Translations under genes and position numbers: made by a program | In this document: positions 1-10,494 of the stretch, one piece after another | Layout: every line of letters starts with the position of its first letter | Numbering within the stretch: the stretch's first letter is position 1 | Origin: Octopus sinensis | Taxonomy: Eukaryota | DNA: 22,673 nucleotides | NCBI RefSeq assembly: GCF_006345805.1 | Contig: NW_021836794.1 | Span: forward strand, 1-22,673 | Reading direction: 5' to 3' | The notes under the pieces: generated by a model | Told to the model about the DNA's origin: nothing | What the model saw: the letters and a program-made list of their open reading frames with translations, nothing else | The model's database searches: none

Positions 1-37
1 AACTTTTCTGGTTATTTTCTGTTTTATACACTTAATT

Positions 38-410
<373 letters not shown>

Positions 411-936
411 TCCCTTGTGAACAAATTTATTGCTTAGCCCTTGGTCAACCCTGACTGTGCAGGCCTGAGATCAAAAGCATTCTAGCTGTGACCATCCTGT
501 CTTTTTCCTATTTGCAATGACCATATAACCATGTGAGTTCACATGTCCTTGTTTTAAGATACGAGGCAGATGTGGCTGCTACATCTAACAGACCTAACCA
601 CCACATACACGATCTCTCATTGGTTCATTATTAGCTTGTGCAAATAAATAGACAGGAACAGTTTGGCAGGACCCTGCTTAGATTTTCAGTAGACGCATCA
701 GATAGCATTTTTATCTGACGTACTTACTACTACCACAGATAACTGTGGTTGTTAAATAGGATTGAGTATTGGGTATATCTATTGATGAGGGGGTCTATTC
801 ATATCCATTCCCTGTCTTCAGTCATCATATGTTGTCAGAATCATAAGGATGCCTTCCTCACACTCATATTTGGGTATTTTAAACATGATGTAGCTAACCC
901 CTCTCTCTGTCAAACCACAGTGGAAATCTTTCAAGG

Positions 937-937
<1 letters not shown>

Positions 938-982
<45 letters not shown>

Positions 983-1003
983 AAGAGAGAGAGAATGAGA
1001 GAG
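938..1003. repeat. (GA)n microsatellite
   Basis: Direct reading of the sequence. Confidence 0.95.
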
Positions 1004-1044
1004 TGCAAAATATAATGATGTATTCCTTTCAGTACCTGATGTTG

Positions 1045-1150
1045 TATTGAAAGAATGAAAAAGCAAAGTTGACGTTGATGCGATTTGAACTCAGGGCACA
1101 GAATGCCAGAATGACTACTTCAATACATTCTAAGCAATCCGCTAACAATC
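1045..1150 (-). mobile_element. Degenerate tRNA-derived SINE head
   Basis: Minus strand has a B-box-like GAGTTCAAATC followed by CAACTTTGCTTTTTCATTCTTTC, resembling the head and core of an abundant invertebrate SINE. Heavily diverged; family recognised from memory only. Confidence 0.4.
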
Positions 1151-1256
1151 CTGTCGAATCCCCAAGTAACAACTGGCAGGTATTTAATGCATGGAACATG
1201 CTTGGATGGAGTTGAAAGGCAAGGGGAGGTAATCCCTGTTTTTCTTTACCAGTGAG

Positions 1257-1306
1257 TGTTGCTAATTAAACCATCACCCATGTTGCTAATTGCACTTTAA
1301 TTAGCA
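1257..1306. promoter_or_regulatory. Cluster of three TGCTAATT homeodomain-type sites (candidate enhancer)
   Basis: TGTTGCTAATT at 1257-1267 and 1281-1291, plus inverted AATTAGCA at 1299-1306, in non-repetitive-looking sequence. Confidence 0.3.
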
Positions 1307-2469
1307 GATCGTTCGCAGTCATTATCTCCTGTGTTAACATTTCCTTTATTTACATTTGACAGCAGTTCATTATAAAAAGTCTATTTGAAATGTCTCATCT
1401 TGTCAATCGGTTTCTACTATGTGGTTATTAATAACCAAATTTTGAATATGTTTTCATAATGATGCCTTTAATGGACTTATGTCTGCAAGTTTATTTGAAG
1501 TATGATAATTTTTTTTGTTTTTATTCCAGTTTGTGAATTTGTTTCATATTAAAATTTTGCATGAAGTCACTACGTTTTACCCCCTTAATACATTTTGTTT
1601 GATTTTTAAATTTAAAAATTTAAAACAAGATAAAAAGAAAAGAAAAACAGTTTTCATTAGGAGCAGTGTTATATATTTTTTAATATAGAAATGAGAAATT
1701 TAAAAGCAAATATTTGAACAGCATTGTTAAAAACACAACATTGTGTAATTCCTTCTGTCAAATATAATTCTTCAGAAAAGAACAAGCATTATCAATGTAT
1801 TCTGTTTCTAATTAATTATTTCTTCTCAATTCAATTTAGCTGTTTTCAAATTATTTCAGAGATTGCACTTGTGTAGATAATGCAACACTTAAGGGACATT
1901 GATAATTGAACAAGACAAGTTTACATATTTTCAGTTAATAATCTCATTACTTAATTTCAACAGGAATAATCCTTTACAAGAGTATTCCCCATGACCACCA
2001 CCTCTCCTCCCCTCATCATCCTTCCACACCTTCTCTTCAGGCTAAAAAATTATTCTCAATTTTCAGTTTTCCAGGAAGCAAACGAATGTATCTGCCAATA
2101 ATTTCCCAAACATATTTTTGATATTTTTGAGCAAACAGACAACTGACTAAAATCATTATTATTATTATTATTATATAACATATTGAATTCTTCAGGCTGG
2201 AATTACCTATAAAAGATATTTATATTGGAGAATTAGAGTGGATGGGGATAGGGGGAAGGAAGAATATTTTTAAATCCTTCATTTACTGATGAAGTAATTT
2301 TAATTACACATAATTTTATGAGTTCAATTAAACAAGACACTGGAACGCCATCCTTCTCCACCGCCATTAATACAAAGATAATGAAGAACATAATCCAACC
2401 AACATCTATTTCACAAAGACACAAATATTAAAGTAAACAATATTCTTGAAAAAAAATTTCTCCTTCTCA

Positions 2470-2533
2470 TACATACTCATACATACGCTTATACTCATAC
2501 ATACAAATATATATACATGATATATATATATAT

Positions 2534-2567
<34 letters not shown>

Positions 2568-2795
2568 ATATGCATACATATATATATATATATATATATG
2601 CATACATACATATATACATAAATATATACATGTATGTATGTATATATTATATATATATTATATATATATATATAGTTATATGCATGTATATATATATATA
2701 ATATATATATACATACATACATATATACATAAATACATATATACATACATATATACATACATGTGTATATATATATATATATAATATATAATATA

Positions 2796-2831
<36 letters not shown>

Positions 2832-2939
2832 CATAGTTATATGCATGCATATATATATATATAGATATATGTAGATATATATAGATATATACATACATAC
2901 ATATATACATACATATATACATACATATATACATACATG

Positions 2940-3003
<64 letters not shown>

Positions 3004-3030
3004 CATGTATGTATATATGTATATATTTAT
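2470..3030. repeat. Compound (TA)n/(TACA)n microsatellite
   Basis: Direct reading. Internal blocks such as TATAGTTATATGCATG / CATAGTTATATGCATG recur. Confidence 0.95.
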
Positions 3031-6025
3031 ATAACTTAGAATAACTTAGAAAGGCTTTTGCCAGTATTGGCCCAGGCCATGTCTAACTTAATAGCACCAC
3101 CTGGCGAAGTCTTTCAGTTCAGGATTTGGGCACTGAGGCCCATTCGAGCAGAGAGTTATTGTTTGCGGAGACATATCCGGGTGTGGGTGGTTTGTCCGGG
3201 TCTGTTTGAAGGAATTTGTCCAATGACTTCTTGAATTTTGTGTGGTCAGTTTCTGTTTTGACGTGTCCTGGTGTAATGTTGAAGAGAGCGGGTCCAATTG
3301 AGGTGAAATAGTTGTGCCGTATTGTCGTTATGTGATGCGATTTAGATTTTGTTGTGGACGGATGGAACGTGGTCCAAGCCTTGGATGCATTTTGAAGGTG
3401 ATGCCAACATCATTCGGACAGTGCTGATGGAATATTTTCCACATCATACAGATAATGTAGCGTTCACGGCGTCGTTGGAGTGAATACAGTTTCAGCTTCT
3501 CTAGTTTACCCCAGTAGTCAAGGTCTGACATGCCATCTACTACCTTTTTGTGATTGACCTTTGGGGAGCTTCAATTCTCATGATATTTTGTTTTGTGTAG
3601 GGAGACCACAGTGGACAGCAGTATTCAAGGTGGGGTCGGGCAAAAGTGGAGAAGAGAAGCATAATGGTGTGGGAATCTCTCGACTGGAAGGTTCTGAGAA
3701 TCCAGGAACACATTCTGCGTGCCATATCAACTTTGCTGCTTATATGTGTAGCCCAGCTTATGTTGTTGTCCACTGTTACTCCCAAGTCTCTGATGCTGTT
3801 AGACGCCATGAGAATTTCTCCAGAAGGAAGGGAGTATGGGAGTTTTAGAGCGTCCTCCCTTCCAATGTGGATCAGTTCGAATTTGTCTTCGTTTAGTAAC
3901 ATGTTATTCTTTTCCGCCCATTGGAGAACAGCCAGTAGGTCTGACTGAAGGCTTATTCGGTCATCCACGCCATTGATGACCTTCTGGAGCTTGGAATCAT
4001 CAGCGAAAGTTCTGACGTTATTGTGTTTGATGGTGTCAGTAATATCATTAATGTAGATGATGAAGAGAAGTGGGTCCAACACAGTGCCTTGTGGGACACC
4101 ACTGCTGACTTTGGCTGGGCTGGATTTGACTCCTTCGACTACAACATGTTGGGTTCTGTTAGACAGGAAGCACTTGATCCACTGCAGCAGCTTTCCAGTG
4201 ACACCAATATTGGACAGCTTTCTCAAAAGGATCTTATGATCAACCCTGTCAAAGGCCTTGCTGAAATCAAGGAAGATGACATCAGTGTTGGAACCCTCTC
4301 CCAAGGCTCTCAAAACGTCATCAAAATGATGCAGTAGCTGCATCAGGCAATCCCTTCCATTACGGAATCCATGCTGGTTGGAGTTCAGCATATCATGACT
4401 CTCAAGGAAATGAGTCATACGCGATCTCAGCACTCTCTCAAATACCATAATGATATGAGAGGTGAGTGAGATTGGACGGTAATTCACGGCAAGCGATTTG
4501 TTTCCTTTTTTGAAAACTGGGAATACAAACTGGGATAGGTCTTCTGGTATATATCCAGCATCCAGTGAGTTCCGCCACAGATTGGCTCAAGTGGGTGCAA
4601 GTTGGTGTTGACACATCTTCAAGACACAAGCAGGGAACCTATCGGGACCTACTGCTGATTTATGCTTCATTTCCTTTATTGCTGCTAAGACATCAGTAGC
4701 ACCAAAGGTTATGTCCGATAAAGTGTATTGGGGAGTAACATCACTGATACAGACCAGATCAGTCATATCAGGATTGCTGAAAACAGAGCAATATTGTTTC
4801 TGCAATATCTCTCCCATGGTTTTGGCATTGTCTTGAAGAGTACCATTTTCATCAATCAGAGGGCCAACAGTAGAACCAGTGACTCTGTGTTTTTTTGCAA
4901 ATGAAAAGAATACTTTGGGATTGAGTTTGATCTTCTCAATGGCCCAGGCCTCTTCAGCTCTTCTCTGACTATTGATGATAGACATCATGTTGTTTTGGAG
5001 TTTATGTTTTTTAATCTCTAGCGACGAGATGGCAGTCAGGTTGGTGTGTTGCTGTTGACAGTATTTCAGCTCGTTGGTTTTTTTTGTTAATTCTTTTAAT
5101 TTTCCTGATGAGAGATTTTCTATTTCTAGGGATTCGACACTTAGATTTGTTTGCAGATCTTAATGGGGTGTGGTTTGCACATACGTTCGTAATGGTGTCT
5201 ACAAATGACTGCCAGGACTTTTTGATGTTAGTGGGTGTGTATGTGTGCGTGAAGGACCAATCGACTTGTGCAAGATTATTATTGATCGCTTCCCAGTTTG
5301 CATTGTGGAAATCCATAGTGTCAAATGGATGAACAGGAGGGATGACATTTGTTTTGCATTTTGGCCGGTGAAATCTCAGATCACAGAGAACCATGTCATG
5401 GTCGGAGAGTAGGGTTTTCTCCACTGCAATATTGTGGATAGTATCAGTGTGATTGCTGAAAATTAAGTCTAAGACGTTTTTGTGACATCTCGTTGGTTCG
5501 GGCACCAGTTGGGACAGGAAGAAATCATCCATGAAGTCAAGAAGCGATTCCACTGCCTCCCTGTCAGGGGTTGAGAGAGAAGAACCTGGCGGCAGACTGT
5601 TTGTAGACCAGTCAACCCCGGGAAGGTTGAAGGCTCCCGTCATTAAAATGTTGTCCGGTTGACACTGCTGAATGAAACACTTTATGTTGTTGAGGCATTC
5701 CTTGAAGCATGGTAGGGGCGTTTGGGGTGGTCTGTAGAGCCCAACTACTGTTAAGTTGTTGGTTTGACTGAATATAGCGACTGCTTCGCAGTATCCATTG
5801 GAAAATATGTTCATAGCTTCTGTTGAGAATGAATCATGAACATAAATGGCAGTCCCACCCTTTCTTCTGCCAGCACGATCAGCACGAATGGCTTTGAAAT
5901 TTTTAACTTTCACCTCGGCTTCCAAGTGGAGGTCACTAAGATGGGTTTCAGTGAGGACGAAGAAAGGGATGTGGTTTGGATGGGCATCGATCCAGTCCTC
6001 CAGGAATTTTATCTTCCATTTTTGA

Positions 6026-6026
<1 letters not shown>
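3031..6026 (-). mobile_element. CR1-group LINE, 5'-truncated inside the APE endonuclease, decayed ORF2 (APE + RT)
   Basis: APE motifs LTETHL, GGTAIYV, LYRPP, G(A)FN, EPTR, LDLIFSN, SDH. RT motifs NYRPISLTS, QHGFR, FLDFSKAFDRVDH, GVPQGTVL, FADDSKL. C-terminal RRRERY..FKKSLDKFL. Stop codon at 3119-3121, short 3' UTR and a 10-bp tandem tail (TTCTAAGTTA)x2 at 3031-3050. Confidence 0.93.
3119..6026 (-). pseudogene. LINE ORF2 remnant (endonuclease-reverse transcriptase)
   Basis: ORF-track pieces 5011-5925, 4587-4988, 3540-4487 and 3328-3531 join into one ORF2. Joins require a +1 shift in an A8 run (~5078-5085), an in-frame TGA (4587-4589) and frameshifts near 3540 and ~3345. Confidence 0.9.
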
Positions 6027-6111
<85 letters not shown>

Positions 6112-6235
6112 GGTATATACCTACATATATATATATAAAATTATAAATTTATGAATATATATATAAATACATATATATATATATATATATATTTATATAC
6201 AGAAATACATGCATTCATACATATACACGTGTATA
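6027..6235. repeat. (TA)n microsatellite
   Basis: Direct reading. Confidence 0.95.
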
Positions 6236-6558
6236 TACCCACATACGCATATATACTATCTAAAACAAAATAAAAACCTGATCATGTCCAAAGGGTATTA
6301 GTAGATAGGGTGAGTACTTTACATAGTTTTCGGGTGTAATTAAATGTAAATTATAATGTTTAATTGTTAAAGTGAACAGCAGAAAATTGCACGTGTATGT
6401 TTGTATCTTCCTGCGCGAATGCAAGTGTGCCCTTCGCATGCGAAAAACAAACGCACCTACATCTTAAACTGTCATGTCTTTTATTAATATGTCAAGGGAA
6501 GTAACTCTAAAAGTTGATTTTCAGTTATCTCCCTTAATTATGTAGTTAAGAGAATATA

Positions 6559-6780
6559 AACTTTTCTGGTTATTTTCTGATTTATACACTTAATTTTTCA
6601 ATTATTTGACTGCGGCCATTGTGGAGCAATGCCTTTATTCGTGCAAATCGACCCCAGGACTTATACTTTGTAGGCCTAGTATTTAAACTATCGGTCCCTT
6701 TTCCCGAACCGCTAAGTTCGGGGAATTGTACACACCAGCACCCGTTGTCCAGCACCGAGAAATAAACAGACATTACAAAA

Positions 6781-6831
<51 letters not shown>

Positions 6832-7010
6832 CATATATATATATTCCATGCCGCAGCAGCGCCTTTATTCGCGAAATTCGAACCCAATACTTATTTTTTG
6901 TAGGCCTAGTATTTAATCTATTTTCTCTTTTGACGAAACGGTAAGTTACGGGGACATGAACACACCAGCACCGGTTGTCAAGCGGTGTCGGGGGATAAAC
7001 AGACATACAA
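6559..7010 (-). mobile_element. Composite of two SINE fragments with (CA)n(TA)n; paralog of 1-410
   Basis: Aligns by eye to 1-410 from AACTTTTCTGGTTATTTTCTG to GGGATAAA..ACATACA. This copy retains about 95 bp that the first copy lacks. Confidence 0.8.
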
Positions 7011-7012
7011 AC

Positions 7013-7062
<50 letters not shown>

Positions 7063-7145
7063 CTGTCAATAATATTCTTGTTTGGAAATACTAAATACAT
7101 CATAAACTATGTACTACAGACATTACACAACATATGTACTATATT

Positions 7146-7503
7146 TTATAAGCGATTTAAAAAAAAACACAAAAACCGTTAGATTCACTTCAACATTTCA
7201 TTTTAATTTGTTCAAATCTTTTCGTCACTTTCCGACCGTGACCTGTTCACTGACAAAGCTTCATATATATATATATATATATATGCATATATATATATAT
7301 TACGGAGATGTACTTGCATAGCAAGTGACTTGATCTGAGATCGTGTGCTGGAACGAAAACAATTGCAGCGTGGAAGGTGTTTATAAGCGATTTAAGAAAC
7401 ACACAAAAACCGTTAGATTCACTTCAACATTTCAATTGAATTTGTTCAAATCTTTTCCTCACTTTCCGACCGTGACCTGTTCACTGACAAAGCTTCATAT
7501 GTA

Positions 7504-7534
<31 letters not shown>

Positions 7535-7752
7535 TACGGAGATGTACTTGCATAGCAAGTGACTTGATCTGAGATCGTGTGCTGGAACGAAAATAATTGC
7601 AGCGTGGAAGGTGTTTATAAGCGATTTAAGAAACACACAAAAACCGTTAGATTCACTTCAACATTTCAATTGAATTTGTTCAAATCTTTTCCTCACTTTC
7701 CGACCGTGACCTGTCCACTGACAAAGCTTCATATGTATATATATATATATAC
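7146..7752 (-). repeat. Tandem repeat, 234-bp period (~2.6 units); each unit is a ~200-bp element plus a (TA)n spacer
   Basis: The motif TTTGTTCAAATCTTTTC recurs at 7207, 7441 and 7675. Strand is given as that of the hammerhead-like motif. Confidence 0.95.
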
Positions 7753-8237
7753 ATAGGCAGCAGGCGATAGAGATAGAGTAAGGAATCTTAGAGCAGATAG
7801 AGAGGGTATTGGCAGTAAGAGAGGATGAGGGGCAGAGAGAAGAAAAGTAGTGAGAGAGATAGAGTATAAGGCTAAGGGACAGATGTGAGGAAGAATTAGC
7901 AGTGAGAGAGGATGAGGGGGCAGAGAAGGACAGGCAGAGAGTATGGTAGAGCTGTCATGAGAGGGTGATAGGCAGCAGGCGATAGAGATAGAGTAAGGAA
8001 TCTTAGAGCAGATAGAAAGGCTATAAGCGGTAGAGACAGAGGGAGATGAGGGAGTGGAAGTCAGGACAAGGAAGTGAGGTTTTGGGCAGTGGGAGTCGGT
8101 CGTCAGAGAATCTTGGGAGCGAGCGATGGGATGCAGGAGTTTGGCAGGCTGGATTTAGCGGTACGGAGAGATGGAGGTGCAATAATGGGACGCTGGCGAT
8201 TCAATTAGGAATTAAGGTATTTAATTGTATTGATACG
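7753..8237. repeat. Purine-rich segment with internal direct repeats
   Basis: ATAGGCAGCAGGCGATAGAGATAGAGTAAGGAATCTTAGAGCAGATAG occurs at ~7753 and ~7968. GCAGT(A/G)AGAGAGGATGAGGGG occurs at ~7812 and ~7899. Confidence 0.7.
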
Positions 8238-8762
8238 TGTTACGATGTAAAAGAAAAGAAAGAGAAAAGAAGAGAGAAAAAGAAGGACTCTGATGTAGAC
8301 GATAAGGAACTTTGAACTGTAACGTGAATTGTTGTGATACGAACATTGTATAATGTATCGATTATAGGGTTCTGATTGGACTGTGACGTAACGTGTACCT
8401 TTGAAATACTGTATATGACTTGTTGTGTCTCCGGACTGTTATATTATTACATGCATGTTGTTAAATGCTTTGATCTGTGGTATACCCGTATGATGTATTG
8501 ATTTGTTGTTTGCCTTAAATGCTTTGATGTTGTAACCATTGATTGTCATATAAACTAGTTGTTGAATGTAAGCCAGTGTTGCCAGTTGTTGCCTTGCCTC
8601 TTTTGGTGTCTCTCTCCGGTTGTATCTCTGTGTCTCGGTTGCCTTGCTGCGGTTGTGTCTCTCTCCTCTCCTCTCCCCGACGAGTTTCCGTGGCGGGAAT
8701 ATTCGCTGATCGAGTCGGGCCTGTCTGAGGGATTCCGTACAGTTTTCGGAGGTCCCACTCGT

Positions 8763-8766
<4 letters not shown>
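8238..8766 (+). mobile_element. Possible solo LTR (TG...CA ends)
   Basis: Perfect 8-bp terminal inverted repeat TGTTACGA (8238-8245) / TCGTAACA (8759-8766), 529 bp long. No target-site duplication, PBS or PPT is evident. Confidence 0.4.
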
Positions 8767-8796
<30 letters not shown>

Positions 8797-8802
<6 letters not shown>

Positions 8803-9239
8803 TAGTTATCGCCATACTAATATGGCATTCTTATGAAAATAAGAATAAAGCTGTCCGCTTATTAGCTCCATGAGGCCATCGCCTTAAGTTAGCTATTTGA
8901 TACACAAACTGTATCCATATAACCTTCGAACAAGGGAGGTCAGTCGCTCCACACTAATTGACCGAAGCTAGGTAAATAAAACCTTCGAACAGAGATTGTC
9001 AGAAGCGACACCTACTGGTCTGGCTAGGCTGCATTGAAAAGGGGCAATACCCCGAAACGCGTCTGTAGCTGCCGGTCAAGTAGTGTGGAGCGACTGACCT
9101 CCCTTGTTCGAAGGTTATATGGATACAGTTTGTGTATCAATAGCTAACTTAAGGCGATGGCCTCATGGAGCTAATAAGCGGACAGCTTTATTCTTATTTT
9201 TATATAGATGCCATATTAGTATGGCGATAACTATTATTT
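8797..9239 (+). mobile_element. Fold-back non-autonomous element with hammerhead motif (Penelope-like pLTR / retrozyme-type)
   Basis: Inverted arms 8797-8964 and 9073-9239 (~168 bp, near-identical) around a 108-bp spacer that carries most of the hammerhead motif. (TA)n lies immediately to the left. Confidence 0.7.
9020..9075 (+). ncRNA. Type I hammerhead ribozyme, U3:A8 core variant
   Basis: Stem I GCUGCA (9028-33) / UGUAGC (9064-69), extended by CUGGC/GCCGG. Core UUGAAAA (9034-40). Stem II GGGG-CAAUA-CCCC. GAAA (9054-57). Palindromic stem III ACGCGU. GUC cleavage triplet at 9061-63. Confidence 0.8.
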
Positions 9240-9253
9240 TCCGGGAACGCTGC

Positions 9254-9294
9254 CGTTGTTCTCTTTTAGAGAGACTTAGTAATTTTAATATTTC

Positions 9295-9337
<43 letters not shown>

Positions 9338-9381
9338 TATATAATATATTAAAATTACTAAGTCTCTCTAATAGAACAACG
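9254..9381. repeat. ~37-bp inverted repeat enclosing (TA)n
   Basis: CGTTGTTCT..TTAGAGAGACTTAGTAATTTTAATAT (9254-9291) is the reverse complement of 9346-9381. Confidence 0.85.
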
Positions 9382-9410
9382 CATATATAGATATATATAT
9401 ATGATATATT

Positions 9411-9581
9411 AAGCTTTGTCATGAACAGGTCACCGTCTCAAAGCGACGAAAATATTTGGGACATCTAACGGTTTTGTGTTCTTAAATGGCTTATAAACAC
9501 CTTCCATGATGAAATTGTTTTCGTTCCAGCACACGATATCAGATCAGGTCACTTGCTATGCAAGTACATCTCCGTAATATA

Positions 9582-9662
<81 letters not shown>

Positions 9663-9863
9663 GAAGCTTTGTCAGTGAACAGGTCGCGGTCGGAAAGCGA
9701 CGAAAATATTTTAACAAATTCAATTTAAATTTTGAAGTGAATCTAACGGTTTTTGTGAGTTTCTTAATCGCTTATAAACACCCACCTTCCACGCTGCAAT
9801 TATTTTCGTTCCAGCACACGATCTCAGACCAGGTCACTTGCTATGCAAGTACATCTCCGTAAT
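9411..9863 (+). repeat. Two more units of the 234-bp family, inverted relative to 7146-7752
   Basis: AAGCTTTGTCA..CATCTCCGTAAT at 9411-9578 (internally deleted) and 9664-9863, separated by (TA)n. Confidence 0.93.
9668..9718 (+). ncRNA. Hammerhead-like motif with putative G3:C8 swapped core
   Basis: Stem I UUUGUCA / UAACAAA (6 of 7 pairs). Core GUGAACA. Stem II GUCGC/GCGAC with one extra G. GAAA. Palindrome AAAAUAUUUU. Predicted triplet UUU. The 7207-7257 copy has compensatory GUCAC/GUGAC. Confidence 0.45.
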
Positions 9864-10095
9864 GTACTTTATTGCTACACAGAATAAGTAAAAAAAAAAA
9901 AACAAGAAAAAACATTTTCTAGTAAAAAAATTGTTTTATTTGAATTAGAAAAAAATTCATTTTAATTAACAATAAAACAATCAGTAAATCCGGGAATCTT
10001 GTTAGTGTTTGTTGTTGTATTGTTTGCAGTACTGGTACTATCAGTGGTATTGTCTTGGTGGTAGTTGTTCCTAGGGCTTCTCATGTTGCTGTAAC

Positions 10096-10493
10096 TAGTA
10101 GTAGTAGTAATTAGTTAGTTAATTAGTAGTTAGTTAGTTAGTTTCCTTTTTTGGCTCAAAAAGCAAAAAGCAAGGCCATGTAGGGGGGACATGGAGTTAT
10201 GTACAGGGTGGTGTTCTTGTAAAGAGTTCAGGTCATTTCTGGTCAAGGGAGACTTTGAACCGAGCGGTCGTCAGCATCTTCACCATCTCGTCCGGAAGCT
10301 TGTTCCACGGATCCGCAACCCGGACGGAGAAAGACCCTCTCCTTCGACTGAGATGAGATCGTCGCAGATAGAGCTTTTCGGAGTGACCCCGCAACCTACG
10401 CTCTGGATCAGGAGTGAAGAACAGCTCTTTCGAGAGGTTACACTTTCCGCTTATGATGTTGTGAGCAAGAATGAGATCACCACGGCGTCGTCT
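10096..10493 (-). mobile_element. CR1-like LINE 3' fragment (family 2) with (AACT)n/(TAC)n tail
   Basis: Minus-strand translation RRRRGDLILAHNII..RLRGHSEKLYLRR..FSVRVADPWNKLPDEMV..FKVSLD. 3' UTR hairpin arms CCATGT/ACATGG (10176-10194). Simple-repeat tail at 10096-10143. Confidence 0.85.
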
Positions 10494-10494
10494 A

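Noticed and set aside
693-721. Hairpin TCAGATA/TATCTGA with CTGATGC on the minus strand
   Set aside because: The core does not match and the other hammerhead elements are missing; an isolated short stem is expected by chance.
2286-2311. CTGATGA followed by the hairpin GTAATT/AATTAC
   Set aside because: It is followed by ACAT rather than GAAA and has no stem III or NUH site, so it is not a hammerhead.
2233-2424. 63-aa minus-strand ORF in unique AT-rich DNA
   Set aside because: No recognisable domain, a non-ATG start, and no convincing splice context.
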